Part shown: piece by piece, positions 20,218 through 33,068 of the stretch
Numbering within the stretch: the stretch's first letter is position 1
Layout of the letters: each line of letters starts with the position of its first letter
Assembly: GCA_963829525.1 (NCBI GenBank)
Contig: CAWHIJ010000003.1
Span: forward strand, 2,336,001-2,400,000
Direction of reading: 5' to 3'
DNA length: 64,000 bases
From: an uncultured Actinomycetota bacterium
GTDB lineage: Bacteria > Actinomycetota > Actinomycetes > JAHEKZ01
Notes under the pieces: generated by a model
Seen by the model: the letters and a program-made list of their open reading frames with translations, nothing else
Told to the model about the DNA's origin: nothing
Database searches by the model: none
Position numbers and translations under genes: made by a program

Positions 20218-21333
20218 CTAGGAGGCGCTCGCGGCGTTCTGCAGCATTCGGATGCGACTCTCGAAGTCCTCGTGGTTCAGGTACGCACCACACAGCTTCC
20301 GCCCGCCAGAGTACGACGCGCGGCCATGCATGGCATGCCAGTTGTCGAACAACATCGCCTCACCGGGCGCCAGGGTGTGTCGCCACTGCAGACTGTGGTC
20401 ATTCGCGAGATTGTCGAAGGCCCTGATGGCGTCGTAGAAGGCAACCATCTCGTCAGCTGGCAGCAAGAACGGGGCGCGGTCGGCATTGTTGAACGAGACC
20501 TGCACAAGGTTGCCGTGATGGTCGTGCCGCAGAACGGGGCGGGCCGACATCAGGTGTGACCCGTCACCGATGTACTGCCCGGGGACCATGACCGTTGACA
20601 GGGTCTCGTAGTGCTGGGGCTGGTGCTGCTTGAGCTCCCAGGCGACCCGGAAGCCATCGGCCATCGTCGACTCGCCACCGGTCCCCTCGAAGAACAAGCA
20701 GTGCAGCAGCTGAACAGGGGCGTCGTTGGAGTAAGTAGCATCGGTGTGCGAGAGCAGCTCGACGTTGGTGTAGGCGGTGTCGGCTTTGCTCATGTCGGCT
20801 TCGAACTCCCAGAAGCCTCCGAAGATCGATTTCCGGATGTAGGCGACTCGCTCAAGCAGCTCTTTGGTTGCCTCGCCTGTTGCTGGCACACCGGTCGCCA
20901 GCGCGAAGCCGTACTGGGCCACTTTCGTGAGCCAGTCGAGCAGCCCCTCGTCGGTGTTCATGATGGCGTCGTAGGGCGTGGTCGGCGTTGGATTGATGAT
21001 CTCGGCATCCCACAGGATCGGCTCGATACCTAGGGAGGTCGATGCCGTGTGCGGTGAGCGAAAGCGCGCGAGGAAGCCGACGGGGATGGTCGAACGATCT
21101 TTGTCGCTCCACGTGATCGTGAGGTCGTCGTTGACCACGTCGACGGCGGTACCGGTCAGATTCGGATCAATCGACGCCGTATGGATGTTTCGCTGCATCG
21201 TGATGGGATGAAAGGTCGCCTCATCGTGGGCATGGTCACGCAGCCAGATCCACGGATAGGTCGTGGCAGCGCCGTCGTCCCAGGTCACTGTGAGGGCAGC
21301 GGGCTCGGTCTTGTAGTCGGTGATGGTCGCCAT
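20218..21333 (-). CDS. TauD/TfdA Fe(II)/2-oxoglutarate dioxygenase, trimethyllysine/gamma-butyrobetaine hydroxylase-like
   Basis: WLRDH N-domain, AYT...HTD, GGES...DGF, FDNWHAMHGR. Confidence 0.85.
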   Translation of the reverse strand: MATITDYKTEPAALTVTWDDGAATTYPWIWLRDHAHDEATFHPITMQRNIHTASIDPNLTGTAVDVVNDDLTITWSDKDRSTIPVGFLARFRSPHTASTSLGIEPILWDAEIINPTPTTPYDAIMNTDEGLLDWLTKVAQYGFALATGVPATGEATKELLERVAYIRKSIFGGFWEFEADMSKADTAYTNVELLSHTDATYSNDAPVQLLHCLFFEGTGGESTMADGFRVAWELKQHQPQHYETLSTVMVPGQYIGDGSHLMSARPVLRHDHHGNLVQVSFNNADRAPFLLPADEMVAFYDAIRAFDNLANDHSLQWRHTLAPGEAMLFDNWHAMHGRASYSGGRKLCGAYLNHEDFESRIRMLQNAASAS

Positions 21334-21421
21334 AGTCGGATGCTAGCCATCGGGCTGGCCACGCGAAAGTGATTCTCGCCTCTTGCGCCAGGACGAAACA
21401 GCGTGTTCCGTCTCCGGCCGC

Positions 21422-21808
21422 CTAGATACGGGCCTCCGCCGCTCGCAGGCGAGTCTCGGCCCGAACCTGCGCCGCGCTTAGCGCCTCTTCGCCTCCGCCA
21501 CCGTTGCTCGCCCTTTCCAGGGCGGCACGGGCACGTTGCACATCGATCTCGTGTGCAAGCTCGGCTACCTCAGCCAGCAGCGACACAGTGTCGCTCTCGA
21601 CCGAGATGAACCCACCATGCACCGCGGCGGCAACCACATCGCCTTCAGTGGTCTTGATCAGGACGACACCGTCGGCCAACTCACCGAGTACCGGCACGTG
21701 ACCGGTGAGGATCCCGAGATCACCATCGAGCGTGCGCGCAATGACCATCGTTGCCTCACCGGACCACACAGAACGATCGGCTGCGACCATCTGTACCTGC
21801 AGTGTCAC
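21422..21808 (-). CDS. atpC: ATP synthase epsilon subunit
   Basis: [19 protein letters not shown]; operon position. Confidence 0.95.
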   Translation of the reverse strand: MTLQVQMVAADRSVWSGEATMVIARTLDGDLGILTGHVPVLGELADGVVLIKTTEGDVVAAAVHGGFISVESDTVSLLAEVAELAHEIDVQRARAALERASNGGGGEEALSAAQVRAETRLRAAEARI

Positions 21809-21844
21809 TGCACCGTCTCCTTCACGATCGTCTGGAGCCGCCGG

Positions 21845-24222
<2,378 letters not shown>

Positions 24223-24255
24223 GTCAGATAGCCTCTTCCCCGTTCATCAACAGGG

Positions 24256-25890
24256 TCACTTGACCTTCTTGGTGATCTGGGTCGGGTCGATCTCTTGCTC
24301 TTCGAGCGACTCCACAGGAACATCCTTCACGAGCAGTTCACCGGATGTGGTCGTGAACTGGGACTTGAAGGCGTCGATCGCTTTCTCCAGCTCAGCCACC
24401 GTGTCGTCACCCAACACCTTGGTCTCACGAATGACGTCGAATACTCCGGCGTGGCTTCCGTGGACGTAGTCGAGGAACTCCGCATCGAAACGTTTGATGT
24501 CCTCAACGGGAACCTCGTCCAACTTACCGGTTGTTCCGCTCCAGATCGAAACGACCTGACGCTCGACCGACTGGGGTTGGTATTGCGGCTGCTTCAGCAA
24601 CTCGACGAGCCGTGCACCTCGCTCAAGAGATGCCTTCGAAGCCTTGTCGAGGTCGGAACCGAACGCCGCGAACGCCTCAAGCTCACGGAACTGTGCCAAG
24701 CTGAGTCGCAGGTTTCCGGCCACCGATCGCATGGCCTTGACCTGGGCGGAGCCACCGACGCGGGACACCGAGATTCCGACGTTGATCGCTGGGCGGACAC
24801 CAGAGTTGAACAGGTCCGTCTCAAGGAAGATCTGGCCGTCGGTGATAGAGATGACGTTGGTCGGGATGTAGGCCGACACGTCATTGCCCTTGGTCTCGAT
24901 GATCGGTAGGCCAGTCATCGAACCCGCACCGAGCTCGTCAGAGAGCTTCGCGCACCGCTCCAGGAGCCGCGAGTGCAGGTAGAAGACGTCGCCGGGATAT
25001 GCCTCGCGGCCCGGCGGCCGGCGGAGGAGGAGCGAAACCGTGCGGTACGCCTCGGCCTGCTTGGAAAGGTCATCGAACACGATCAGAACGTGCTTCCCCT
25101 GGTACATCCAGTGCTGACCGATGGCAGAACCCGTGTACGGGGCGATGTACTTAAAGCCTGCCGGGTCAGATGCCGGGGCGGCGACGATGGTCGTGTATTC
25201 AAGCGCGCCGGCCTCTTCGAGGGCACCACGCACACCCGCGATGGTCGAGCCCTTCTGACCGACGGCGACATAGATGCAACGCACCTGCTGGTCGGGGTCG
25301 CCAGATGCCCAGTTCTCGCGCTGGTTGATGATCGTGTCGATGGCCACGGCGGTCTTGCCGGTCTGGCGGTCACCAATGATCAGCTGGCGCTGACCGCGAC
25401 CGATGGGGGTCATCGCGTCGACGGACTTCAGGCCTGTCTGCAGCGGTTCCTTGACCGGCTGGCGCTGCACCACACTGGGAGCCTGCAGCTCAAGGGTGCG
25501 TCGCCCCTCAGCCTCGACGGGGCCAAGACCATCGATGGGGTTACCCAGCGCGTCAACGACCCGGCCGAGGAACGCATCGCCGACGGGGGCGGAGAGGATC
25601 TCGCCGGTCCGGCGGACGTCCTGGCCCTCAGCGATATGGCTGAACTCTCCGAGAAGTACCGTGCCGATCTCGCGCAAGTCGAGGTTGAGCGCGATCCCAC
25701 GCAGCCCACCCTCGAACTCGAGGATCTCGTTCGTCATCGTCGAGGGGAGCCCCTCCACGCGCGCGATGCCGTCACCGCACTCAAGTACCCGACCGACCTC
25801 GGTACGAGAGGCAGCCTCCGGGGTGTACGACGAGACGAAGCGCGACAACGCGTCCTTGATCTCTTCGGGCCGGATCGTGAGTTCCGCCAT
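24256..25890 (-). CDS. atpA: ATP synthase alpha subunit
   Basis: [31 protein letters not shown]. Confidence 0.98.
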   Translation of the reverse strand: MAELTIRPEEIKDALSRFVSSYTPEAASRTEVGRVLECGDGIARVEGLPSTMTNEILEFEGGLRGIALNLDLREIGTVLLGEFSHIAEGQDVRRTGEILSAPVGDAFLGRVVDALGNPIDGLGPVEAEGRRTLELQAPSVVQRQPVKEPLQTGLKSVDAMTPIGRGQRQLIIGDRQTGKTAVAIDTIINQRENWASGDPDQQVRCIYVAVGQKGSTIAGVRGALEEAGALEYTTIVAAPASDPAGFKYIAPYTGSAIGQHWMYQGKHVLIVFDDLSKQAEAYRTVSLLLRRPPGREAYPGDVFYLHSRLLERCAKLSDELGAGSMTGLPIIETKGNDVSAYIPTNVISITDGQIFLETDLFNSGVRPAINVGISVSRVGGSAQVKAMRSVAGNLRLSLAQFRELEAFAAFGSDLDKASKASLERGARLVELLKQPQYQPQSVERQVVSIWSGTTGKLDEVPVEDIKRFDAEFLDYVHGSHAGVFDVIRETKVLGDDTVAELEKAIDAFKSQFTTTSGELLVKDVPVESLEEQEIDPTQITKKVK

Positions 25891-25947
25891 GTCCTGCTCT
25901 CCTCGTTCTTTTCGACGCTTGCGCGCCGGTAGGTCGAAAGGTGGTGC

Positions 25948-26856
25948 TCAGCTGGCGATGCGCCGTTGCGCGTCGCCAACTCGGGATGACAGCGTGCCGT
26001 CGATCAGTTCGCCGCCGAGGCTGATCCGCAGCCCGCCGACGACTTCTGGGTCAATCACTACGTTGATTTGGACATCGAACCCAAGCTGCGCAGACAGTGC
26101 ACCGGCAAGCCGGTCACGCTGCTGTTCAGTGAGCGCTACGGCGGCAGTCACGGTCGCGACCTGTCGCTGGCGCCGGGCCGCCGCAGCACCAGCGAGGGAG
26201 TCCAGATTGGCCTCCAACGACCGACCCCGCGGTTCGGTGACTACGTGATCGATCAACCGCGCCGACTCCACCGTTGTCTTCTCCTTGAGAAGCTCGGTGA
26301 CGAGGTCGGACTTGCGCTCGACAGGCAGTGCCCGGTCGGTCAAGGCCAGTCGCAGCTCAGGCTGAGCCACGACGATGCGAGCGAATCGGAAGAGCTCGTC
26401 CTGCACCTCGGCGAGCCGGTCGTGCCGTTGCGCCGAGACAAGAACTGCCTCGATCCCGAGCTGGGTGACCGCCTCAGCCAGGTCGCGCGGCTTGGACCAG
26501 CGTGACCGAGTCATTCCGGAGACCAGGTCAACGACCTGGTCAGGGACCTTCCCCCCGAACAGTCCCTGAACCAGGGCCGCCTTGTCGTCACCGCTGCGGG
26601 CCGGGTCAGTCAACGCACTGCGCAGTGATGGCTGGGCGTCGAGGAGCGTCGCGACCGCGAACAGGGCGTCCCCGATCCCGAGCGGGCCGGCTACTGGCAG
26701 CACCGACTCGACGCGCTGGGCGACCGACGGCATGAACCGCCCCACCCAGTGGGTCGCTCGCTCGGCAACGTCTCCGGCCTCGGTGATGGGGGACACGAGA
26801 AGTCCGTCCAACCGCTCAGTGGCGGCGGACAACGACTCGCGGCTCGCTCCTTGCAT
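25948..26856 (-). CDS. atpH: ATP synthase delta subunit (long actinobacterial form with an extra N-terminal segment)
   Basis: MQGASRESL...LTDP...IDPEVVGGLRI...IDGT. Confidence 0.93.
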   Translation of the reverse strand: MQGASRESLSAATERLDGLLVSPITEAGDVAERATHWVGRFMPSVAQRVESVLPVAGPLGIGDALFAVATLLDAQPSLRSALTDPARSGDDKAALVQGLFGGKVPDQVVDLVSGMTRSRWSKPRDLAEAVTQLGIEAVLVSAQRHDRLAEVQDELFRFARIVVAQPELRLALTDRALPVERKSDLVTELLKEKTTVESARLIDHVVTEPRGRSLEANLDSLAGAAAARRQRQVATVTAAVALTEQQRDRLAGALSAQLGFDVQINVVIDPEVVGGLRISLGGELIDGTLSSRVGDAQRRIAS

Positions 26857-27395
26857 CAGTTGGACCGTCCCGATGGCTGGCTCTCGAGATCGGCCAGAAA
26901 GCGGTCGATGACACGCTGCTGGCGCTCGTCGTCGTCGAGGGACTCGCCGACGATCTTGGCGGCCAGCTGACTGGCAAGCGTGCCCACCTCTGCGTGCAGT
27001 GAGGCGACCGCCGACGAGCGCTCGGCCTCGATCTGGGCCTGGGCATTGGCGACCAAACGGTCGGCCTCAGCCTGCGCCTGCTGCCGCATCTCCACGAGGA
27101 TCGCTGCGCCTTGCGTGCGGGCTTCCTCGCGAATCTGACCTGCCTCACCGCGGGCATCGGCCAACTGTGCTTGGTACTGCTCAAGGGCGGCAGCGGCGCT
27201 CGCCTGCGCCTCTTCTGCCTTCGCGAGCCCGCCTTCGATGGCCTCGGTCCGCTCCGCATAGGCCTTCTCGAATCGTGGCACGACGACCTTCGCCACGAAC
27301 CAGAAGAGAATGCCGAACGTGAGCAACGCGACCACGATCTCCGCGGTCTTCGGCACGAGAGGGTTGATCTCTGCAACCAGCACGGTCATGAGCAT
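26856..27395 (-). CDS. atpF: ATP synthase b subunit
   Basis: NPLVP, TM helix, ERTEAIEGG coiled coil. Confidence 0.95.
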   Translation of the reverse strand: MLMTVLVAEINPLVPKTAEIVVALLTFGILFWFVAKVVVPRFEKAYAERTEAIEGGLAKAEEAQASAAAALEQYQAQLADARGEAGQIREEARTQGAAILVEMRQQAQAEADRLVANAQAQIEAERSSAVASLHAEVGTLASQLAAKIVGESLDDDERQQRVIDRFLADLESQPSGRSN

Positions 27396-27429
27396 GTCCC
27401 CAGGTAGTTTCGATCGTCGGCCAGAAGGG

Positions 27430-27663
27430 TTACTTCAAGAAGAACGGAGCAACCAGACCGATCAGGGCCAGCGCCTCGATCAGCGCGAATGCGGTGAACG
27501 CCCAGGTGCGGAGAATGTTCAGCGCCTCCGGCTGGCGAGCAATGCCGCTGATGAAGGCAGCAAAGACCAGTCCCGCACCGATACCAGAACCGATGGCGGC
27601 GAGACCAAAGGTGACCGGAGTCAGGTTGCCTGAGAGCGCCAGGACGTTGGATGAGAAATCCAT
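27430..27663 (-). CDS. atpE: ATP synthase c subunit
   Basis: GxGxG stripe, ARQPE loop, ALIEAL. Confidence 0.96.
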   Translation of the reverse strand: MDFSSNVLALSGNLTPVTFGLAAIGSGIGAGLVFAAFISGIARQPEALNILRTWAFTAFALIEALALIGLVAPFFLK

Positions 27664-27708
27664 TGGGTGTTCCCTTTCGGTTCGTGACGCGCCAGTTGCG
27701 TCATCGGT

Positions 27709-28494
27709 CTAGTGACCCTCGTTCACGGCGCCGCTGATGTACAGCGCCGTGAGGAGAGCGAAAATGTAGGCTTGGAAGAGTTCGATAAAGAGCTCGAAAA
27801 GACTCATGACGATGGCCACCCCGCCGGTGAGCAGCCCAGCGGCCTTCAGCGCTGGATTGGCTGCCTCAAAGATCATGTACTCGGCCCCGGTGACGAACAC
27901 CAGAAGCAGCATGTGCCCGGCGAACATGTTGGCGAAGAGTCGCAGGGTCAGCGTGAAGGGCCGGATGAACAGAATCGTCAGCAGCTCGATCGGTGCGAGG
28001 ATCGGATAGACAAACCAAGGGACCCCTGGGATGAACATGACGTCTTTGAAGTAGCGGACGAAACCCTGACGCCGGATTCCAGCGACGTTGTAGACCACCA
28101 GAACGATGATGGCCAGCACCATCGGGAACGCGATGTGTGCCATCGGGGGAAATGAGACGAACGGCGTCACACCGAACACGTTGTTCACCATGATGAAGGT
28201 GAACAACGTGAAGAGGAGCGGCACGAAGTTCATGAACTCCTTCGAACCGATGATGTCGCGGCCAATCCCGTTGCGAACGAAGTTGTACAGCAGCTCGCCA
28301 GTGAACTGCATGCGCCCTGGCACCATTGCCGGACGACGCACAGCAGCCCACAGGAACGCACTGATGATGAAGACGCTGACAATCACCAGCAGAATGGCTT
28401 TGTCGAACCATGCCACTTGCCCAAAGATTTCTGGTGGGAAGACCTCTTCAGCACCGGGAGGGACGTAGCCGTCGGCGACGAACGAACCGATCAC
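27709..28494 (-). CDS. atpB: ATP synthase a subunit
   Basis: RPFTLTLRLFANMFAGH, QAYIFALLT. Confidence 0.96.
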   Translation of the reverse strand: MIGSFVADGYVPPGAEEVFPPEIFGQVAWFDKAILLVIVSVFIISAFLWAAVRRPAMVPGRMQFTGELLYNFVRNGIGRDIIGSKEFMNFVPLLFTLFTFIMVNNVFGVTPFVSFPPMAHIAFPMVLAIIVLVVYNVAGIRRQGFVRYFKDVMFIPGVPWFVYPILAPIELLTILFIRPFTLTLRLFANMFAGHMLLLVFVTGAEYMIFEAANPALKAAGLLTGGVAIVMSLFELFIELFQAYIFALLTALYISGAVNEGH

Positions 28495-28799
28495 CGACTA
28501 TCTCCTTCAGCCATGGGGGGACTGCTCCCGTTCTGCTCTTCGACCAACACGTCGGACGGCACACGCACGACTCTCAGATACACCAGGTACCCACCCGCTA
28601 GGCACCCCACGACGATGCCGAGTGGTGTCAGCACGCCCGTATGGAGCGAGCGGTCCAGCCAAACACCAACCCCACCAAAAATGAGAAGCCCGGCAAGGAT
28701 GTATCCGCCAGCCGCCTCCGCACTAGCTGAGGTTGACCCTGATCTCATACCCCCTGATGCACTGCCAGGAGTACGTCCAGGAAGGTCTGCCTGATCCAT
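28491..28799 (-). CDS. AtpZ/AtpQ-like small membrane protein
   Basis: LLIFGGVGVWLDR...GIVVG two-TM pattern directly upstream of atpB. Confidence 0.75.
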   Translation of the reverse strand: MDQADLPGRTPGSASGGMRSGSTSASAEAAGGYILAGLLIFGGVGVWLDRSLHTGVLTPLGIVVGCLAGGYLVYLRVVRVPSDVLVEEQNGSSPPMAEGDSR

Positions 28800-28869
28800 G
28801 GTGTGAGGAATGTAGCAGCCGGGACATGAGGGCCACAAAGCGAGTCCGGGCCCATCGCTGTGAGACCTA

Positions 28870-29346
28870 TCACGCTGCCGGCGGGTCATCCTCCTGGGTA
28901 GTTCTTGGTGCGTCCGCGGCAGGTAGGTCGAAGTAGAAGGAACGGGTGCGTATGGATGCCACCGTCAATGCCACAACCCCGGTCACTGTGGTGACGACCA
29001 CCGTCACAGCCGAGGCATGCAGGTCAAGGGTCGTCCAGCGGGAAAGGGCCCACAGCGCAGCCGCGATGAACAGGACCTTGAACACATACTCAGTCAGGAG
29101 CGCCAAGGCGGTGAAGGCTGGCGGCATGTGGCGGATGGCCCGTAGCACCAGGACGTCGACACCGAAGAAGAAGACCACGAGTCCGAGCCCAGCCAGGGCA
29201 GCCAGGGCGGCCCCGACGCCGTCGGCCAGCAGAAAGAACATGATGGAGATGACCCCGGCCGCCAGAGCCCAGGGGGCCGACTGACGCAGCAACGCACCGG
29301 CCAGATGCTCCGATCTCAATCCGCTGGACGACGCATTCGACATCAC
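28870..29346 (-). CDS. ATP synthase protein I-like membrane protein
   Basis: Four hydrophobic segments with YVFK; position between wecA and the atp operon. Confidence 0.7.
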   Translation of the reverse strand: MMSNASSSGLRSEHLAGALLRQSAPWALAAGVISIMFFLLADGVGAALAALAGLGLVVFFFGVDVLVLRAIRHMPPAFTALALLTEYVFKVLFIAAALWALSRWTTLDLHASAVTVVVTTVTGVVALTVASIRTRSFYFDLPAADAPRTTQEDDPPAA

Positions 29347-30425
29347 CGATCACTCCTCACTGGGCGGCGGGTCAAGACGATGGCGAAGAGCAGAATGCCG
29401 AGGCCAACGAGGAGACCGACTTCAACGCCGGCGAAAGCCGCAGTGGCTGCCCCAACGGCGAGGGCGCTGGCCCAGAGGTACATGACCAGGACCGCCTGCC
29501 GCTGGCTGTGCCCGATCTCGAGCAGGCGGTGATGCAGGTGCTGCTTGTCCGGCGCAAACGGCGAGCGTCTCGCTCTCGTTCGCCGCACCACCGCGAGAAG
29601 CAGGTCCACGAGAGGAACTGCGAGCACGGCGAATGGCAGGAGCAGAGGCATCAGCGCTGGGAGCAGTGTCGCGTCAACGGAGTAGGGGTCGATCTTGCCG
29701 GTCAAGGTGATCACCGACGCTGACAAGAGCAGGCCAGCCAGCATCGAGCCCGAGTCACCCATGAAAATCCGAGCCGGGTTGAAGTTGTGGGGCAAGAAGC
29801 CGGCGCAGATCCCCGCCAGAACGCTGGAGAGGAGGGCGGCGGTCGTCGCCCTGTCGATTCCTTGGTCTACCGAAAGCAGGTAGGCGAAGGCGAAGAAGGC
29901 CAGCGAGCCGATGCCGATGATACCGGCGGCGAGGCCGTCGAGTCCGTCGACGAAGTTGATTGCATTCACCGTCACGACAACGAGCAGCACCGTCAGAATG
30001 ACGCTGGCGTTGTATGGAAGAACTGTGACGCCGTTGAACGGCAGCCAGAGCAGCTGAACTCCGAGCAGCACCATCACACCGGCCGCAATGATCTGGCCCG
30101 CTGCCTTGGTGAGGGCGTCCAGGCCCCAGATGTCGTCGATGACTCCGACCAGGAAGATCAAGGTCCCTCCGGCGATCACCGCCCAAGCGTCTCGAGATTC
30201 GGTGAAGACGGCCGAGACGAACCCGAGCTGGCTGGCCACGAGCATCCCGGCCAGGAACCCGAGGTACATCGCGACACCACCCAGTCGCGGGATCGGAACA
30301 TCGTGCACGTCGCGGTCGCGGATCTCGGCCATGACGTGCCACCTGACTGCGTACCAGCGGACCACCGGCACCGTGACGTAGGTGATCGCAGCTGATGCGA
30401 GCAGAACCAGGAGGTACTCGCGCAC
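29343..30425 (-). CDS. WecA/Rfe undecaprenyl-phosphate GlcNAc-1-phosphate transferase (MraY family)
   Basis: PRLGGVAM, NAINFVDGLDGL, FMGDSGS, HLHHRLL. Confidence 0.92.
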   Translation of the reverse strand: MREYLLVLLASAAITYVTVPVVRWYAVRWHVMAEIRDRDVHDVPIPRLGGVAMYLGFLAGMLVASQLGFVSAVFTESRDAWAVIAGGTLIFLVGVIDDIWGLDALTKAAGQIIAAGVMVLLGVQLLWLPFNGVTVLPYNASVILTVLLVVVTVNAINFVDGLDGLAAGIIGIGSLAFFAFAYLLSVDQGIDRATTAALLSSVLAGICAGFLPHNFNPARIFMGDSGSMLAGLLLSASVITLTGKIDPYSVDATLLPALMPLLLPFAVLAVPLVDLLLAVVRRTRARRSPFAPDKQHLHHRLLEIGHSQRQAVLVMYLWASALAVGAATAAFAGVEVGLLVGLGILLFAIVLTRRPVRSDR

Positions 30426-30477
30426 GCCGCTTCCTTGTCCTTCCGGTGAACCCGGGACAGTCCCGCTGCTCGGCAGG

Positions 30478-31767
30478 CTACGCCGAAGGCTCCGGGTACG
30501 CGGGGAACTTCTCGACGAGTGCTTTGACCTGCTCGGCGACGGCTGCCGCCTCGACGCGCCCCGACTCGGTCTCGATGTCGGCCTTGATCGCCCGGCCAAT
30601 TAGCGAGGCGACCTCCTTCATCTCCGACGTGCCCATGCCTTGGGTGGTCACCGAAGGGGTTCCCACCCGGATCCCCGAGGCCACCATCGGCTTGGCCGGG
30701 TCAAAGGGGATCGAGTTCTTGTTCAAGGTGATCCGAGCGGCATCGCAGCGCGTCTCGGCGTCGCGTCCGGTGACGTCAACGCCACGCAGGTCGATGAGTG
30801 CCAGGTGGGTGTCGGTTCCCCCCGACACCGGCCGCATGCCCTCCGCCTCAAGCTCGGCGGCCAACGACTGGGCGTTTGCGATGACCTGCTTGGCGTACTG
30901 CCGGTAGGCAGGGGACGCGGCCTCCTTCAGCGCCACGGCCTTGGCGGCCACGACGTGCATGAGCGGACCTCCCTGAAGGAAGGGGAAGACGGCCTTGTCA
31001 ATCTTGGTGGCCAGTTCCTCACGGCAGAGGATCATTCCCCCCCGGGGCCCGCGTAGCACCTTGTGCGTGGTGAAGGAGACGACGTCGGCGTAGGGAACCG
31101 GCGAGGGTATGGCCTTGCCTGCCACCAACCCGATGAAGTGCGCGGCGTCCACCATGAGGTAGGCACCCACCTCGTCGGCGATCTCCCGGAAGGCGGCGAA
31201 GTCGATCAAGCGCGGGTACGCGGTGGCACCCGCAATGATCATCTTGGGCCGGTGTTCGCGGGCCTGGGCACGCACGTGGTCGTAGTCGATCGTCTCGCTG
31301 CCCTCGAGAACGCCGTATGAGACGTTGTTGAACCACTGACCCGAGAAGTTGACCGGCGATCCGTGCGTCAAGTGGCCACCATGCTTGAGATCCATGGCAA
31401 GCACCGTGTCGCCCGGTTTGCACAGTGCCGCGTAGACAGCGAGGTTGGCGGAGGCACCCGAGTGGGGCTGGAGGTTGGCATGGTCGGCCCCAAAGAGCTC
31501 CTTGGCCCTGGCGATGCCGATCTCCTCCGCGACGTCGACATCTGCGCAGCCACCGTAGTAGCGACGTCCGGGGTATCCCTCGGCGTACTTGTTCGACAGC
31601 GTCGACCCGGTGGCAGCCAACACAGCGGGTGACGTGAAATTCTCGCTGGCGATCAGCTGAAGCCCACCACGGAGACGATCAAGCTCATCGAGAACAACCC
31701 CAGCAATCTCAGGATCCGACTGCTGTAGTGCGACGAAGTCTGGGCCCCAGTACGGCGTGCTACTCAT
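30478..31767 (-). CDS. glyA: Serine hydroxymethyltransferase
   Basis: LIASENF, NKYAEGYPGRRYYGG, TTHKVLRGPRGG. Confidence 0.97.
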   Translation of the reverse strand: MSSTPYWGPDFVALQQSDPEIAGVVLDELDRLRGGLQLIASENFTSPAVLAATGSTLSNKYAEGYPGRRYYGGCADVDVAEEIGIARAKELFGADHANLQPHSGASANLAVYAALCKPGDTVLAMDLKHGGHLTHGSPVNFSGQWFNNVSYGVLEGSETIDYDHVRAQAREHRPKMIIAGATAYPRLIDFAAFREIADEVGAYLMVDAAHFIGLVAGKAIPSPVPYADVVSFTTHKVLRGPRGGMILCREELATKIDKAVFPFLQGGPLMHVVAAKAVALKEAASPAYRQYAKQVIANAQSLAAELEAEGMRPVSGGTDTHLALIDLRGVDVTGRDAETRCDAARITLNKNSIPFDPAKPMVASGIRVGTPSVTTQGMGTSEMKEVASLIGRAIKADIETESGRVEAAAVAEQVKALVEKFPAYPEPSA

Positions 31768-31815
31768 GCTGATCTCCTGCGGACGGCCGGCGTGCGAACA
31801 ACAACGCCCTTCACT

Positions 31816-32421
31816 CTAGCCAGCCGGGGTATCGCGCGGCTCCCCGATCAGGAAGGGAACAATTTGCTCCACGGCACTCGCGATTGCTTCGGCGCGCTCG
31901 TGGTAGACCGCCAAGGGGGCGCCCAGCGGGTCATCGAGATCGTCAACTTCGTCTTCACTTCGAGAGACTGTGCCGCGCATTTGGGCCGCCCATGCCACGA
32001 TTTCGTGGAACCTTGCGGCGTCGCCGGCCGATCCAGACTCCGGTGGCGATGGTGCTGTGGAGGCAATGCGAGCGAGTTCGAGCAGCGTGAAGGTGCGGCG
32101 CACCGCTCCAGGAACGAGGCCTACGACGTGCGCCCTGTGCTCTCTGGCGGCGGTGATCACGAGGTCAGACGATCGCACCAGCTCTTCGGTCAGCGGAGTA
32201 GCCACGAACCCCGCAGCGTCCACGCCAAGTTCACTCAACGTCTTCCCTGCGAAGGGCTGCATGGGTTCGCCCGGATGTGCCCAGGTACCGGCGCTTGCGA
32301 CAGAAACTTCATCGCTGGCGCCACGTTGGTCCACGGCAGCACGCAGCATCCGCTCCATCATCGGCGACCGGCAGATGTTGCCCGTGCACACCATGAGCAC
32401 CCGGAGAGGGGGACCGGTCAC
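31816..32421 (-). CDS. Low-molecular-weight protein tyrosine phosphatase family protein
   Basis: VCTGNICRSP and DLDDP. Confidence 0.88.
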   Translation of the reverse strand: MTGPPLRVLMVCTGNICRSPMMERMLRAAVDQRGASDEVSVASAGTWAHPGEPMQPFAGKTLSELGVDAAGFVATPLTEELVRSSDLVITAAREHRAHVVGLVPGAVRRTFTLLELARIASTAPSPPESGSAGDAARFHEIVAWAAQMRGTVSRSEDEVDDLDDPLGAPLAVYHERAEAIASAVEQIVPFLIGEPRDTPAG

Positions 32422-33068
32422 GTGTCGGATTCTCCGACCAGGTCGGGAGCCGTCTGACGCAGCAGATCTTCAGAGTACGCGCCAGAGCGCAACAGCCGCG
32501 GTTGGCGGTCGGTGAGGTCGACCACGGTGGAGGGCGGTCCATCTGGCAGCTCTCCGGAGTCGAGATAGATCGAGACGGTGGTGTCGAGCTGCGCCTGTGC
32601 GTCGTCGCAGGTTCTGGGTACTGGCTCACCTACCCGGTTGGCCGAGACCACCGCCATGGGGCCGACCCCCTGGAGAACCGCGAGTGCAATCGGGTGGAGC
32701 GGCATGCGGACAGCTACATGGCGCCCATTGCCACCGATGTCCCAGTGCAGTGTCGACTGTTGACCGCAGACCGCGGTAAGCGGACCCGGCCAGAAGCCTT
32801 CAATCAGCAGCTCCCCCTGCGGATGCAGAACTCCGACGAGGGCGCGCGCTGCCTTTACTGACCCGACCATGACCGGTAGTGCGTCGATTCCGGCCCGGCC
32901 TTTGGCCGCGTTCAACCGCTCGACGGCGAGGGGAGAGAACGCGTCACAAGCAACGGCATAGGACGTCTCGGTCGGGAAGACGATGAGCTGATGGCGACCT
33001 GCGGCCGCAATGGCGCGGTCTATGCCGCGACTGCGCTCGTCTGGACGCGCACAGTTGTAACGCGGCAT
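32418..33068 (-). CDS. tsaC: L-threonylcarbamoyladenylate synthase (Sua5/TsaC)
   Basis: FPTETSY, FWPGPLT, SAN, PSTVVDLT. Confidence 0.9.
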   Translation of the reverse strand: MPRYNCARPDERSRGIDRAIAAAGRHQLIVFPTETSYAVACDAFSPLAVERLNAAKGRAGIDALPVMVGSVKAARALVGVLHPQGELLIEGFWPGPLTAVCGQQSTLHWDIGGNGRHVAVRMPLHPIALAVLQGVGPMAVVSANRVGEPVPRTCDDAQAQLDTTVSIYLDSGELPDGPPSTVVDLTDRQPRLLRSGAYSEDLLRQTAPDLVGESDT

